Below, one piece after another: positions 26,504-40,023 of a stretch of 64,000 nucleotides of DNA. The translations under genes and the position numbers were made by a program. Source of the DNA: Octopus sinensis (taxonomy: Eukaryota); the NCBI RefSeq assembly GCF_006345805.1, contig NC_043003.1, positions 5,766,001-5,830,000 on the forward strand. The letters run 5' to 3'. The notes below the pieces were generated by a model. The model had not been told where the DNA came from, did no database searches, and worked only from the letters and a program-made list of their open reading frames with translations. How positions within the stretch are numbered: position 1 is the first letter of the stretch; every line of letters starts with the position of its first letter.

Positions 26504-27635
26504 AAATTGGCTGATTTTCTTTATTCTCTTTTCCTTGTATTTATTTTTTGATTTCGTTTTCTCCATTTCTGCTTTGTTCGCAATATTCAGTTTGTTAAGT
26601 CAGTCGTGTAACATTACATTTTTGTAACATCGCTGTAACATGATAATATTCAAAACATAACATTCTAATTATAACATTATTGTAACACTGATGTAGCGTT
26701 GCTGTAACACGTCCGCTTTGTGTAAGATCTGAGAGTTGTTGCCGGAACATGGAGGATGTTAGGTGGAAGGAGTTGAGGTGTTGGTGGGTGGGCTTCATGC
26801 TAAGTGGTTTATGGTTGATTGCTGTAGACTGGGCTGTGTTGGGGAATAATGGGCTCAGACCAATGTCACATAATGTACTCGACACACACAATGTACTCGA
26901 CAAGGCAAATATCTGTGGCCTTTAACTTATATTCTTTTCTCTGCTGCCTCTTCTAATACTGATGATGAAGACAATGACGACGACAGCGATAATGGTGGTG
27001 GTGGTGGTGTTGCTGGCGGTGGTGGTGGTCGTCGTGGCGGTGGTGGTGGCAGCGGCGGCGGTGGTGGTGGTGGTGGTGGTGGTGCTGCTGGCTGCGATAT
27101 TCATAGTTATGTCGTTGATGATGATGATGATAATAACAAGGAGAAGCAAGAAGCAGATGAGAAAGATGTGGGGCTGTTGTTGGAGAGATGGTGGCAATAT
27201 TGATGACGATCAGAAGGAAGAGGAGAAAGAGAATGGAGGTAGTCTGTGTGCATGCATATATGTATGTATGTTAATATTTATATAAACATAAATCTGCTTC
27301 GATTTGGTATTTATCAAAGTTACATCTTTGGCAACAGGTACCAGAAATTAAACTATTATAAATAAACTATTATATTCATAAATTAATCCAAGAACTTTCC
27401 AGAAACGTTGGTTAAGTTTTGAATCAGATCAAAGAAAGACGGAAAGACTAGCGCCAGACTAGCCTCCCCCACCCCGCTTCCTACTTGCATCGATTTGTCT
27501 CAGTTACAATATCATTGGAATATATCGAATCACTGATCCCTCTCGCAATTACGCTAGGCTTTGGGCTTTACCCTCTCAACTCTCAGCCATTGGGGTTGTA
27601 GTTATTGTTGCTTCAGCTTCAGCTGTTGATATTTT

Positions 27636-27870
27636 AGGCGACGAGCTGGCAGGGACGTTAGCATGCCGGGTGAAGTGCTTCGCAGTATTTCGTCTGCGAC
27701 TACGTTCTGAGTTCAAATTCCGCCGAGGTCGTCTTTGCCTTTTATACTTTCAGGGTCGATAAATTAAGCACCAGTTACGCACTGGGGTCGATGTAATCGA
27801 CTTAACCCGTTTGTCTGTCCTTGTTTGTCCCTTCTATGTTTAGCCCCTTGTGGGTGATAAAGAAACAAAT
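27636..27870 (+). mobile_element. tRNA-derived SINE with Nin/Deu-like core, full length
   Basis: ggcgacgagctggcag head, gagttcaaattcc B box, gtcgataaattaagcaccag core and gccccttgtggg..aaagaaa tail. Flanked by atattttag direct repeats. Confidence 0.9.
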
Positions 27871-27885
27871 ATTTTAGCCCTCGGT

Positions 27886-28097
27886 AAGGCGACGAACTGG
27901 CAGGATAGTTAGCACGCCGGGTAAAATGCTTGGAGGTATTTCGTCCATTTCTACATTCTGAGTTCAAATCACGCCGACGTCCAATTTCTCTTTCATCATT
28001 TCGGGATTGATAAAATAAGTACCAGTTGAGTATTGGGGGTCGATGTAATCGAGTTACTATCCCGAACCTTCTGGCTTTGGACCAAAATTTGAAATCA
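27886..28097 (+). mobile_element. Second, more diverged SINE of the same superfamily
   Basis: Same head, B box and core with a different 3' tail. Flanked by an approximately 18-bp imperfect TSD. Confidence 0.85.
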
Positions 28098-28487
28098 ATA
28101 TTTTAGCCCCAGGTCATTTCAGCAAACAACTAATTTAAGGATTTTTCAGCGATGATCAGTTTATATTATCAGCTTGGTTATGCTCAGGATTATTGCACGT
28201 CCCGCATGTTATGCTTACAATATCTCGCAGATATATTTGACTGATTTACTAATGTGATATACGGAATACTTCATGGCTGATAACGATAATTCAATATGCA
28301 AGGAATATTTCTGTACCTCGAAGGACATATTAACAGATACGTAATTTGTAAAAGGTACGATGAGGGAAACAGATAAGCAGTGATATTGACCTGTCACGTA
28401 TTGCTCAACATGCTCATCTCTGTAGATAATATACTGGTGCGCCCTGCATGGATGGATGGGGGGGGTGATGGGTGAATATCGAATTAT

Positions 28488-28658
<171 letters not shown>

Positions 28659-28940
28659 CTGTACATATACGCTCTCACGCATCCACTCATCCATCAATAC
28701 AAGACACCGTTATATGTGAGAACCGTATATGTATATATATTATATATATATATATATGTGTGTGTGTATGTGTATGCCTATATGTATGTACTTACGTATG
28801 CTTCTATGTATATGTATGAATAAATTAATATCCTTTTTGTTTCAGTATTATTTATTCAGCAAAGATTGATGCCTTTATATACCCGTCCCCTACATATCAT
28901 ACATACATACATATACATATATATATCTATCTATATATAT

Positions 28941-28971
<31 letters not shown>

Positions 28972-29086
28972 CACGAAACCTCCTTGTACATCCAACTATC
29001 TACGCCCACACAGAGCTATCTTTTTGATATATAGAAACTTAGCAATGTCTTATAAACATACACAGAACTATAGTAAGCGCACGTAC

Positions 29087-29169
<83 letters not shown>

Positions 29170-29743
29170 CTACTTACGGCTATATTATACATACAGATAT
29201 CTTTCAAATATACATTAATCAAATCAAGCATTTTCTTTTTGTTTTGTTTGATTTTGTTTATTGTTTGCTAAAATCCTTTTTTTATTTCCTATATACACGG
29301 TCTCTTAGCCATACATCCTCTCTCTCTCTCTCTCGCTCTCTCTCATTCAACCTCTGCATCTTCATTCGTCTCTCGTCTTACTCTCCCGATTTCTCTCTCT
29401 CTCGTTCTCCTCTCACTCTCTTCCCATTTCCTTCGCTTTCTTCCTCCCTCTCTCTCTCCCTTTCACCATCTGTACGTTTCTATTTATGTTTGCGTCAACA
29501 TAAAAATACAGAAAAAAATCTAGGACACACATGAAGATGGACACAGACAGACACACGCACACACAGGGACACACAAACGCACACACATACACACATACAC
29601 ACACACACGACAAACAGACGCACATACATACACACACACACGCACACACACACATAAATGCTTAGTCAATGCTTAGTCATATACTTTTCGCTTAACATTT
29701 TACAAATATATAGCTATGTGGTTGTGTGATCTGGTGTGTGTGT

Positions 29744-29794
<51 letters not shown>

Positions 29795-29796
<2 letters not shown>

Positions 29797-29990
29797 AGCC
29801 AAAAATAGACACAAAAACACAACTATGCGAGGACGTGGAACATGTAAAGTATTAGCAGACGCTCAAGGAAGTAAGAAAGATGGTTTAACGTTTCGAGCAA
29901 AGCTCTTCTTCAGGAACAGAGGAAAGTCCAAGAAGGATGATGGAGGAAGAAAACCGCAAACGATTCACATGTGGTTCTATATATATATAT
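29795..29990 (-). mobile_element. Short PLE-terminal-like repeat with a minimal hammerhead motif at 29883-29917
   Basis: Minus strand reads gttc CTGAAGA A GAGC ttt GCTC GAAA CG TT aaac. Homologous to 20835-21030. Confidence 0.7.
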
Positions 29991-30080
29991 ATAACCACAT
30001 GTGAATCGTTGCACACACGCACACATGCACACATGCACACACACACACATATACAAATGTATATGTATGTATGTATGTAT

Positions 30081-30115
<35 letters not shown>

Positions 30116-30436
30116 ATATATATATATATATATATATACGCACACAAAAACTCATATTTATATGTTGTCTCTCTGCAATTAGATATATGTACACAGATAA
30201 AGATTTGAAGAATACAACTGCTGCAAGACGTACGAAGTTAGCGAACGTTGGAACAGGTGATTCTTTGCAACAATGAGTCTTAAACTCCGCACAACACACC
30301 GCCGCACTCCGCCATTTTACCTTAGGCACTGACACACGAAACTGTGCTTCATGTGTAACAGGAGAAGTGTACGAGACAGAAACAAATGCACACATACAAA
30401 CACATCTATCATTCCTCACCTCTCTCCCTCTTCATA

Positions 30437-30518
<82 letters not shown>

Positions 30519-30942
30519 GATTTTATGAAGCATTGTGAGGTTTCATTTTACACAACTACTTTCTTTAAAATATATATACATACATATACACATGTATATA
30601 TATGTATATTCATACATACGTGGATATGGCCGACGAATCCCTTCACGGTTTTAGGCAAACACGCACAAACACATGTACTCGGAGGTACTCGTATATTTCA
30701 AGGCCCGCAGATGTATGTTCTTCCTAAGCTGAGCGCCTGGGAACGTATTGCAAGGCAATCCATTGCTGTTACACCAAGAATATTTCTTCAGTCCAAGATA
30801 CGATCCATTGGGAATATGTTCATCGAAGTCAGACACTTCCCCATCGAATCAGGAAGCGAAGCATATGTTGTGATATTTCTGTGCGTATATATATATATAA
30901 CCTAGCATACACACACACATACACACACACACACACACACAC

Positions 30943-30979
<37 letters not shown>

Positions 30980-31163
30980 TTTCGAATGGAAAGAGGTTGC
31001 ACATTCACAGGGATGCATTTTATCCAAGCGATCACCGCCTTATCTCCATATCGATTAACATACTTGGAATTCACCAATTTGTGTCAGTATTACTGTTAAC
31101 ACTTCTCAAGTTCCAGTCGTCATCATAAATGTTTTCATCCAAAATTTTGAAAATATAATATCA

Positions 31164-31460
31164 GAAAAATGGAGAGTTTGAACAGAGAAAAAATCGATTT
31201 ATTTATATCACAGTCAATTTCATATCGCCTACGTAGGTTTCAATTTCTTACCTTCATATTTTGCAATTAAGATTATATTATGCATTTAAAAAGTAAAAAT
31301 CTCTTCAGGGCAAAGCTAACAGAAACTGAATTTTTGTCAATTTTATCGTGAAAAGATTTTTATGAATGATGGTAAGTAATTGAAACGTACGTAGGCGTTA
31401 TGAAATTGTTTACGATGTAAATGAATTGATTTTTTCTGTCTTTAAACTCACTATTTTCCA
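31164..31460. mobile_element. MITE with about 95-bp imperfect terminal inverted repeats
   Basis: 31164-31257 matches the reverse complement of 31366-31459 (e.g. caatttcatatcgcctacgtaggtttcaatt vs aattgaaacgtacgtaggcgttatgaaattg). Confidence 0.8.
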
Positions 31461-31926
31461 TATATATATATATATATATATATGTGTGTCTGTGTGTGTG
31501 TGTGTGTATGTATGTGTATGTATGTATGAATGAATATATGTATGTATGTATGTATATATATATGTATGTACGTATATATGTATCTAAGTATGCATTTATA
31601 TATGAAATATCCTTGAATATGTATCACCTAGGTCTCTAATAGATAGATAGATAGATAGATAGATAAGTATGTTTATAATGATGGACAATTGAGACAACGG
31701 ATTTTGAATGCGGAAATACAATACGTTTTACATCTTTCATAATTTAAAATAGAGAAGATTGGAACACGGACCGTAGTTCCATGTCGGTTCTGTAGAGAAT
31801 TGTCATTAGGATTGTTTATGCCCATCGCTGTTCCTTGGCATACATAACATCGTCCAAACTCCATTTGAAAGATTAGGGTTTACTATTTATGTTAGGGATT
31901 ACTCATGTATGGCGGTATGAATATAT

Positions 31927-32021
<95 letters not shown>

Positions 32022-33104
32022 TATGTATACATGATTTACTGATTTATCAATACTCGTGTAGCATCACTGCAAGCATTCATGCAATCTGCGTTTGGTATTT
32101 GATAAACGAGGATACATGATATAGCGATGCCCCCAAATATATCACATACAGACGCATATGCAACAAGATTTTACACAAATCAACATTCAAGAGTTGTTGA
32201 AAATATGTTGACATATATACTCCATACAATGCTTTATGTGTTCCACGGAGATATTTCAGAGTTATAGTGTCATTAATTTCAAAGTTAGTACTAGATTTTA
32301 ACTCGCCATGTCACTTTAAACCCCATTTGTTGGTCCAAGATGCAGAACCAGTGTGGTGTTCGACCTGTAGATTGAGTAATTATAAATTTTGCCATGAACC
32401 AATGTCTTCTACCTAGCAGTGCTTCATGCATTTCAAGAGAAAATTTTGTATTAATGTCTCTGAAATATTCCTGACAAATGTGAGTCATGCCAGCATTTCT
32501 CTCTTTCATTCCAGTCTTAGAGCTTTCAACAACTTCGCTGGGGTTTATCTGTTGTATAGAAACAAACCTCACTGTGAAGGACCTTTGGATTACAAATACT
32601 TCAATAGCGAATGAGAATCAATGAGGAAAGATCAGCGCAGATCGATAAATGTGATCGCTGATGACAAATAGCTTCCTTTAGAATCGAAATATCTGTAAGT
32701 GTTATGGACCCTGCACTTTTGTCCAGACCAAAAATGAAAGAAATAAGGACCAAAGTGATATCTCGATTTTATGTTGGGGTCAAGCTACATGCTATTGAGG
32801 TTTGGCGGAAAAGGCTGATAAACAGGATGTACAAAACATAATTCATTAATATTTTATGATCACACAGCTACAAGCTCAAACTCACCTATATGTTGATGTT
32901 TGTAGACATATACATACTCACACAAATACATACATACATGTACGTACATGGCATATATATATATATATATTATATATATATATATATATATAGATATATA
33001 TATATATATATTTAACTGTATGTATGTGTGTAAATATTTCCAAATTGAGGCAGGTAAAGGAAATGGAAAAATTAAAGGTAGACGGAAAGAGAGAATAATC
33101 TTTC

Positions 33105-33290
33105 CCTTATGGGCACAAGGTCTGAAGAGTGGAGGGTGCTGATCGATTACATTGACCATAATGTTTAATTGGTCCTTATTTCATCGACCTCGAAAGGACG
33201 AAACGCAAAGCTGGCCTCGGCAGTATATGGGTTTAGAACGCAAAAAGGGACGCGTTTTGTCCGGAATATTAACGATTCTGCCAACTCACC
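33105..33290 (-). mobile_element. Diverged SINE of the Nin-core family
   Basis: atcgattacattgacc..tttcatcgacctcgaaaggacgaaacgcaaag..aacgattctgccaactcacc is the reverse complement of the family consensus seen elsewhere in the window. Confidence 0.7.
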
Positions 33291-33339
33291 AACTTCACAA
33301 TAATAATAATGATAACAACAACAAAAATAATAATGATAA

Positions 33340-33880
33340 TAATGATTTCATTTATTTGCCACAAGGGCGAAGGATGAGGGGGACAATACAGAGACAGGCA
33401 TAAAGTGTGGGCGTTGACATAAAATAAGGAAATGATAAAAAGAAAAGGTAGGTATACACGGTATACACTGAAAAAGGAGGGACATAAGTATACATACAAA
33501 AATTAGAAAACAAAAATAAGTGTGGAGGACGATAGAGATGTGGCCCTCCTGATACAGGAACGCCTCCAGGGATAATACAGGAACTCCACTGTCTGAGATT
33601 TCCCTGAAAGCCGAGGAGCTAGTGCTTGCTCCAATTCTTTCTCTCCGACTCACAGGTCTACACTTAGAGAGGTACCATCCACTCTTGCCATTTCGCAACT
33701 TACACCCACCTTTCAATAAACTCACTCGAGGACAGCACTTCCCTCTCCACTCTCAGTTTCCTTTTCAAGAGAAACTTAAAGAAGTCAATGAGAGCTCTAC
33801 CAAAGAGGAATACATCTTCATGCCTTTGAGCCTTGAAACCAAAGAACCTCTTCGCACAGCCACCAGACAAGAAATACACA
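33340..33880 (-). mobile_element. Probable Tx1/L1-clade LINE 3' end
   Basis: Minus frame ..[34 protein letters not shown] resembles Tx1-type ORF2 C-termini (from recall). The 3' tail gcccttgtggcaaataaa resembles that at 63.6 kb. Confidence 0.55.
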
Positions 33881-33890
33881 AATACATATA

Positions 33891-33965
<75 letters not shown>

Positions 33966-34045
33966 ATATCTATCTATCTATCTATCTATCTATATATGTC
34001 TGTCTATCTCTCTCTCTGCTCTCTCTCTCTCTCTTCTCTCTCTTC

Positions 34046-34094
<49 letters not shown>

Positions 34095-35661
34095 GTATGT
34101 ATATAAGTATATGTATGTGTGTATTTATATACTACAATCTGTAGTTATTTGTTTGCAGTTACAATCAAATAAAAGGCCAAATACTTTTACTTATAGCATA
34201 TATGTAAGCATGTGTGTGTATGTGTGTCTTTGCGTGTGTGTGTATGTGTGTGTGTCTTTGTATGTGAGCGAACGTGTGTGTGCGCGTGATTATGTATACA
34301 TGTTTATATCCGCATCTCAAATCATTCATCATTAATCTCTATGATTAATGACAGTACATTGTTATGATAAACAGATATTCATTTGATGCCACGCTTTTGT
34401 TTAACTATGTTGTATCTATCGAGGTGTAATTGGCACACAGTACGCTATTGCGTTTTTATATTCACTTCACATATATACCAATCTCTCTATATATGTATAT
34501 ATACATATGTGTGTATGTACATAAATACATATATATATATATAATATATATATATTATAATAATATATATATAATATATATGTATATATACATGTATATA
34601 TATATATATATTATATATATATAATATATAGATATATACATTATATATATATGTATGTATATATGTATATATACTATATATATATATATACATAATATAT
34701 ATATATACATATATATAATATATTATGTATGTATCTATCTATCTATCTATGTATCTACACATCTCCCTCTTTTTTCTCCTTCTCACTATATATATGTATA
34801 CATCTTTCTGCCTCTGCATCCATCCATCTATCTGTCTATGTATGTATGTATGAATGTATCTAACTATATATATATATACATATATATATATACATATATA
34901 CATACAACACCATATATATATATGTATATGTACATACACATACACACATACGTATGTATGTGTATGTTAGTATGTATATTCTACGTGTGTGTACGAATGT
35001 AGGTACACACTGTGTGTGCTCATGTGTGTTTGTATAGATTGTACGTGTATGCACGCGCCTGTGTTGGTGGGAGGGGTTGTGCGTTAAGTGGGATGCGTGT
35101 GTGTACTCTGCAACTTGTACAAACTACATTATTTACTCCACAGTGTTATTGACTTAGTACATATGTTATGCTGCGGACATTAAAACACACACACACACAC
35201 ACACATATGTACACACACCGTGTTCTGTTATAGTAGTTCATGCGAAATACCAACACTCTGATCATAGTCCGGCGATATCACACATGTACACAGCGCTGCA
35301 GCTTGTTCCACATGCACTATTGCCTACATTAACATGTATTCACAATGCACATGTACAGATATGCATACAAAACTATATCACGTCAAGAGCGGTCTATTCA
35401 TTCGGTCACGTATGAATTCGTGTGTATATGAATGCACTTTACATAGGGCACATCTATATGCATATACAGGCATAGAGAGCTGGATAGGCAGGTTTTCACA
35501 GGCATATGCATATCTATTTATATGTATTTATGTTCCATATATACATACATTATATATATATATACACCTATATATACATATATATATACATATACATATA
35601 TATATATACATATATATATTTATATATACATATGTATGTATATATAATGCGAAGATATATA

Positions 35662-35700
<39 letters not shown>

Positions 35701-35837
35701 TACATATATATATAGACATATACATATATATATATACATATATATATATTTATATATATGTATGTATGTATATAATGTATGTATATAAATATATGTATGT
35801 ATATAAATGCGAATATATATAATGTATATGTATATTT

Positions 35838-35878
<41 letters not shown>

Positions 35879-36995
35879 ATGTATGTATGCATGTATGTAT
35901 GTATATACGTATCTGAATATACTATATAAGCATTTACATTCATATATAAACACATACACAAACACTCACACCCCCACACACCCACACACGCACACACCCA
36001 CACACATATATATATATATACATATATATTTATATATATGTGTGTGTATATATATGTATATATACAGACATACATTTATATATATATATGCATGTATGTA
36101 TATATATATGTATATATATATATATATATATATACATACATATGCTTGTTGATGTTGGTATAAATATTTATCTGTACATCTCTGTCTGTCTGTCTCTCTC
36201 TCTCTCTCTCCCTGTTTCTATATCTCTATCTATTTGTTTGTTTCTATATCTGTCTATCTATCCACCCGTTTAGACGTGTGTGTATGATGTGTGTGTGTGT
36301 GAGTGCGTGTGTAAAAATCCCTCCCCTCCCCTTCTGTCTCCCTGTCTTTTTTCTCACCCCTTGTTTTTCAGAATCGTCGCATCTGAGCTCTCTATGAAAA
36401 CCGTGGGCGACGGCTGTTGCTGTCTCTTTTCTGTGTTGTGAGAGAGAAATGGATTTGCACATTGAGTGCAGTGGAACTTCACCAGCGGACTGGGAATGGA
36501 ATTGGTATGTTTCTGGAAGTGGTGGTGGCTCTTAATATGGAAAGAAAAGGATAGAGTGAGAGAGCGAGACAGACATATATGCAGATAGTCAGGCCGACAG
36601 ACAGAGAGTGAAGAACTGTAAGAGGTGGGAGGGAACGAGTGGTAAGACGAGTGGGGGGAATGAGGGAAGAGAGGAAGAGGAATGGAAGATTTGCGGAAGG
36701 AGGCAGGAGAGGGAGAGCAGAGGGGAGTAGAGAGGAAAGTGGAGAGGAGACGGAGAGTTGAAAGAAAGAGAGAACGAATAAAGAGAGCGATTTGAGCTTT
36801 TTAAGTTTTTTCGCTGTCGCAATTTGCAATTAAAAAAATGGAAATGCGCAATACTGTTCGAACGAATCGAATCACCTTATTGATTTGGCTTTAAATCTCT
36901 TGGAGTTGTTAATCAGAGTTTCATGTTTTCATTCTTCAAGCGAGCAAGCAAGTCATCATGGTCGGCTAGCGACATACACACTCGTGTATATATAT

Positions 36996-37382
36996 ACTAG
37001 CAGTATCGCCCGGCGTTGCTCGGGTTTTTAAAGGAAATAACTATAAAGCATTTTTAGATAGTTATAGCCAAAATATAGCAAAAAAATTGGAAAAAAAAAT
37101 GATGGTAAATTTTTTTGAGAGTTAAAAAGGTGGAGTTGCGTCCCCTAGACAGTCTGTGGTTTGTGTTTCTGATTCTCGACCCCATGTCGAATTTATCGAT
37201 TTTTTTCAGAACTGGGGGATTTTTTCAAAATTTTCGCTGCGTTAGTTTTGAATTATGACATTGGGCTATGTGTGTGTCAAGTTTCATCAGAATCGGTTGA
37301 AAGCCGTGGTCAGAGTGAGGGTACGAGAAAACAGACACACAGAAACACACACAGACAAACTGCTGTTTATATAGAGAGAGAT
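36996..37382 (+). mobile_element. Helentron/HINE-like non-autonomous rolling-circle element
   Basis: Starts actagcagtatcgcccggcgttgctcggg (sub-terminal hairpin) and ends aagtttcatcagaatcggttgaa..acagacacacag..ctgctgtttatatagagagag, the layout typical of DINE/HINE-like elements. Confidence 0.6.
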
Positions 37383-37392
37383 ACATATAAAT

Positions 37393-37425
<33 letters not shown>

Positions 37426-37430
37426 GATAA

Positions 37431-37500
<70 letters not shown>

Positions 37501-37504
37501 GGAT

Positions 37505-37642
<138 letters not shown>

Positions 37643-37739
37643 ATTGAAAGACATATATATATATATATAATCATGCGTATATGTGTTTGTGCATATACAT
37701 GCAAATATATATATATACATGGCAAATGAAAGATGGAAG

Positions 37740-38170
37740 ATTGAATATACGAGAATTTATTAATAACGGCAATTGTTTGAACACATCTATCATCGATAGC
37801 TCACAGGATATATATTTGTGGCACAAAATTTCTACAGGAAAAAGATAGAACAGAGACTGGTAAGGGAACAGCCAATGGGGTGTATTAGATCGACGGTCAG
37901 GAAAAAGATTCAAGAGTCTTCGACGTTCCGAGCTTACCGTCTTCCACAGAAAATTATAAAGAGGTAAAAATAGGTGTGTGAGAGGCGGCGGGCAGTCCCC
38001 ATTGACATCAGAACCAGCGAGGCCGGTGAAGCCGAAGTAGTCGAAGTTTTTCGTGAAGATTCGTAAGTCTGTACCTGTGAGAGAAAATCTGTGCAAGACG
38101 GCAATTGAGATACGAATGAGTAGTAGTGGTGGGGTGAGACACGCTAGAGGATGAGAGCGACTGAGGTGAA
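37740..38170 (-). mobile_element. PLE-terminal-like fragment with a decayed hammerhead-like motif at 37918-37953
   Basis: Minus strand reads tttt CTGTGGA A GACGGTAAGCTC GGAA CG TC gaag, similar to the 38373-38408 motif. Confidence 0.4.
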
Positions 38171-38284
38171 TGTTATATTTTTGGCATTCATATACAAAAC
38201 TATATAGTATATATATTTTTTTTTTTTGGCATTCATATACATAACTATATACTATATATATATATATAGAGAGAGAGAGGGAGA

Positions 38285-38452
38285 GTTTAGGAAAAAAACA
38301 AGAGACGAAGACAGGTGGTGTACAAAACAAACAAACAGATGTATTAGTATAACGCTCAGGAATAGAAAAAGTCTTTTACGTTTCGAGACTACGCTCTTTT
38401 ACAGAAAGGGGCACAAGGAGAGAAACAAGGAGAGAAAAATGTGTGTAGTGGC
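38285..38452 (-). mobile_element. Short PLE-terminal-like repeat with a decayed hammerhead-like motif at 38373-38408
   Basis: Minus strand reads cttt CTGTAAA AAGAGCGTAGTCTC GAAA CG TA aaag, followed by cctgagcgtt..taatac as in the 20.9 and 29.9 kb copies. Confidence 0.55.
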
Positions 38453-38454
38453 TT

Positions 38455-39106
38455 ATCATCCCATAATTAACGCGGTTTTTTATACATTGTTTTTCAAAAT
38501 TAAGATAAACGAAGTTCTTTTTTTAATCTAGAATATACTGTCCTTCATTTACTACAATACTCTTCCATTTTTCTGGTAGATTTGCAAGGCCCCTCTTCCA
38601 AAATTCACTTGTCCGTGACAAAAAATACTCATCCAGTACTGTTCTGATCGTCTTCCGAGTTTATCCCTCCAAATGATTTCGAACACTGCGGAATAAATGA
38701 TAATCAGATGGGGCAACGTCCGGCGAATATGGTGGGTGGGGCATCGTTTCCCATTGAAACTGACCCAGTCTTAGGAATGTCATCCTTGTTGTAAGTGACC
38801 GGGAATTATCCTGATGGAAGAACGCCTTTCGTCTTGAAATCAAAGATGATCATTTTCCGATGGCACAGAGATGTCTATGGATAGTTGAATGGCCAAATCC
38901 AAGATTCTCTGCCAGTTCTTCAACAGTTACGATGGGATTTTGATCTGCTAGGGTTCTCAGGGCGTCCTTGTCGAACTCTACAGACCTTCCAGGACGAGGC
39001 TCGTCTTCTAGGCTCAAGTTTCTGACTCAGAATTTCTGGAATCACCGTTGACACTGACTTACGCCTCTTATCTGATCCCCATATACTGCGTTAATATTCC
39101 TCGCAC
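38455..39106 (-). mobile_element. Internally deleted, 5'-truncated mariner
   Basis: ARNINAVYGD..LEDEPRPGR..TVEELAENLGFGHSTIHRHL..GK is joined directly to FHQDNSRS..WETMPHPPYSPDVAPSDYHLFRSVRNHL. The WVPHEL and first-Asp region is missing. Confidence 0.85.
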
Positions 39107-39289
39107 TTCAACACCAGTTACTTTAAAAGCCTCTAACCCCAGCTAAAGCCAGTCAAGTCTTTTCGTGTTTCTCTCTCTCAGTGTATCTCCTCACTTATGC
39201 TTGCATTTACGACCTCATAATAATCACACGATCTCTTTATCTAAATACCAAATCAAACAAACCTTTAGCTGTTCTCCTGCTAACCTTAT

Positions 39290-39621
39290 TTACTGAGTGG
39301 GCACTCCATTGGTTACGACGACCACATTTCCAGTTGATTCTGTGGAAGGAGAGTCTGCTCGTGAAATTAACGTGCGAGTGGCTGAGTACTCCACAGACAC
39401 GTGTACCCCTAATGTAGTTATCAGGGAAATTCAGTTGAACGCAGAGTGTCACAAGGCTGGTCCTTTGAAGCACAAACAAATACAACTCAATTTTGCCAGC
39501 TGTGTGGACTGGAGCAACGTGAAATAGCATTGCTTAGGAACACAACTCGGCACCGAGAATCGAACTCATGACCTCACGATCGTAAACCGAACAGGCTAAC
39601 CACAAAGCCACGCGCCTTCAC
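39290..39621 (-). mobile_element. tRNA-derived SINE (third family)
   Basis: Minus strand head ggcgcgtggctttgtggttag (A box)..gagttcgattctc (B box)..tgttcctaagcaa, followed by an approximately 250-bp body. Confidence 0.75.
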
Positions 39622-40023
39622 TATGTTCCTCCATCACATGTAAACAGCGTAGTGCCCTCTGCATTGATTGAACTCGAAGTCACTGGTGTCATAACTTCTT
39701 CAAATATCTTGTGCTGTTGCTCTTTGTTCTTCATACCACTCCATGGCCAACCGTCCTTAGCTACCCAATTCACACCCCTTAATGTCCGAAGTTAGAGCTT
39801 TTCTCTTTAATCCCACCAAACCAAGCTTTATGATATGTGTGCTTGTGTGTGTGTGCATTTGTGTGTTTCACATAGAATGCCTTTCCGTATATTTTCCTTT
39901 CCAACGGACAGCCATGTTAAAGTGCCTACGATTATTACTTGTCATTACAACTGCTGCGTTGATCTCTTAAGGAGATTTTAGAACTTGTATTTTTGCTACT
40001 GTGTATTCGCTTAAAATATATAT

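Noticed and set aside
32515-32694. 180-nt segment between a strong acceptor and a GTAAGT donor
   Set aside because: All three frames contain stops. It could be a non-coding exon, but nothing else supports that.
39540-39621. tRNA gene
   Set aside because: A and B boxes are present, but there is no full cloverleaf and the sequence continues into a SINE body.
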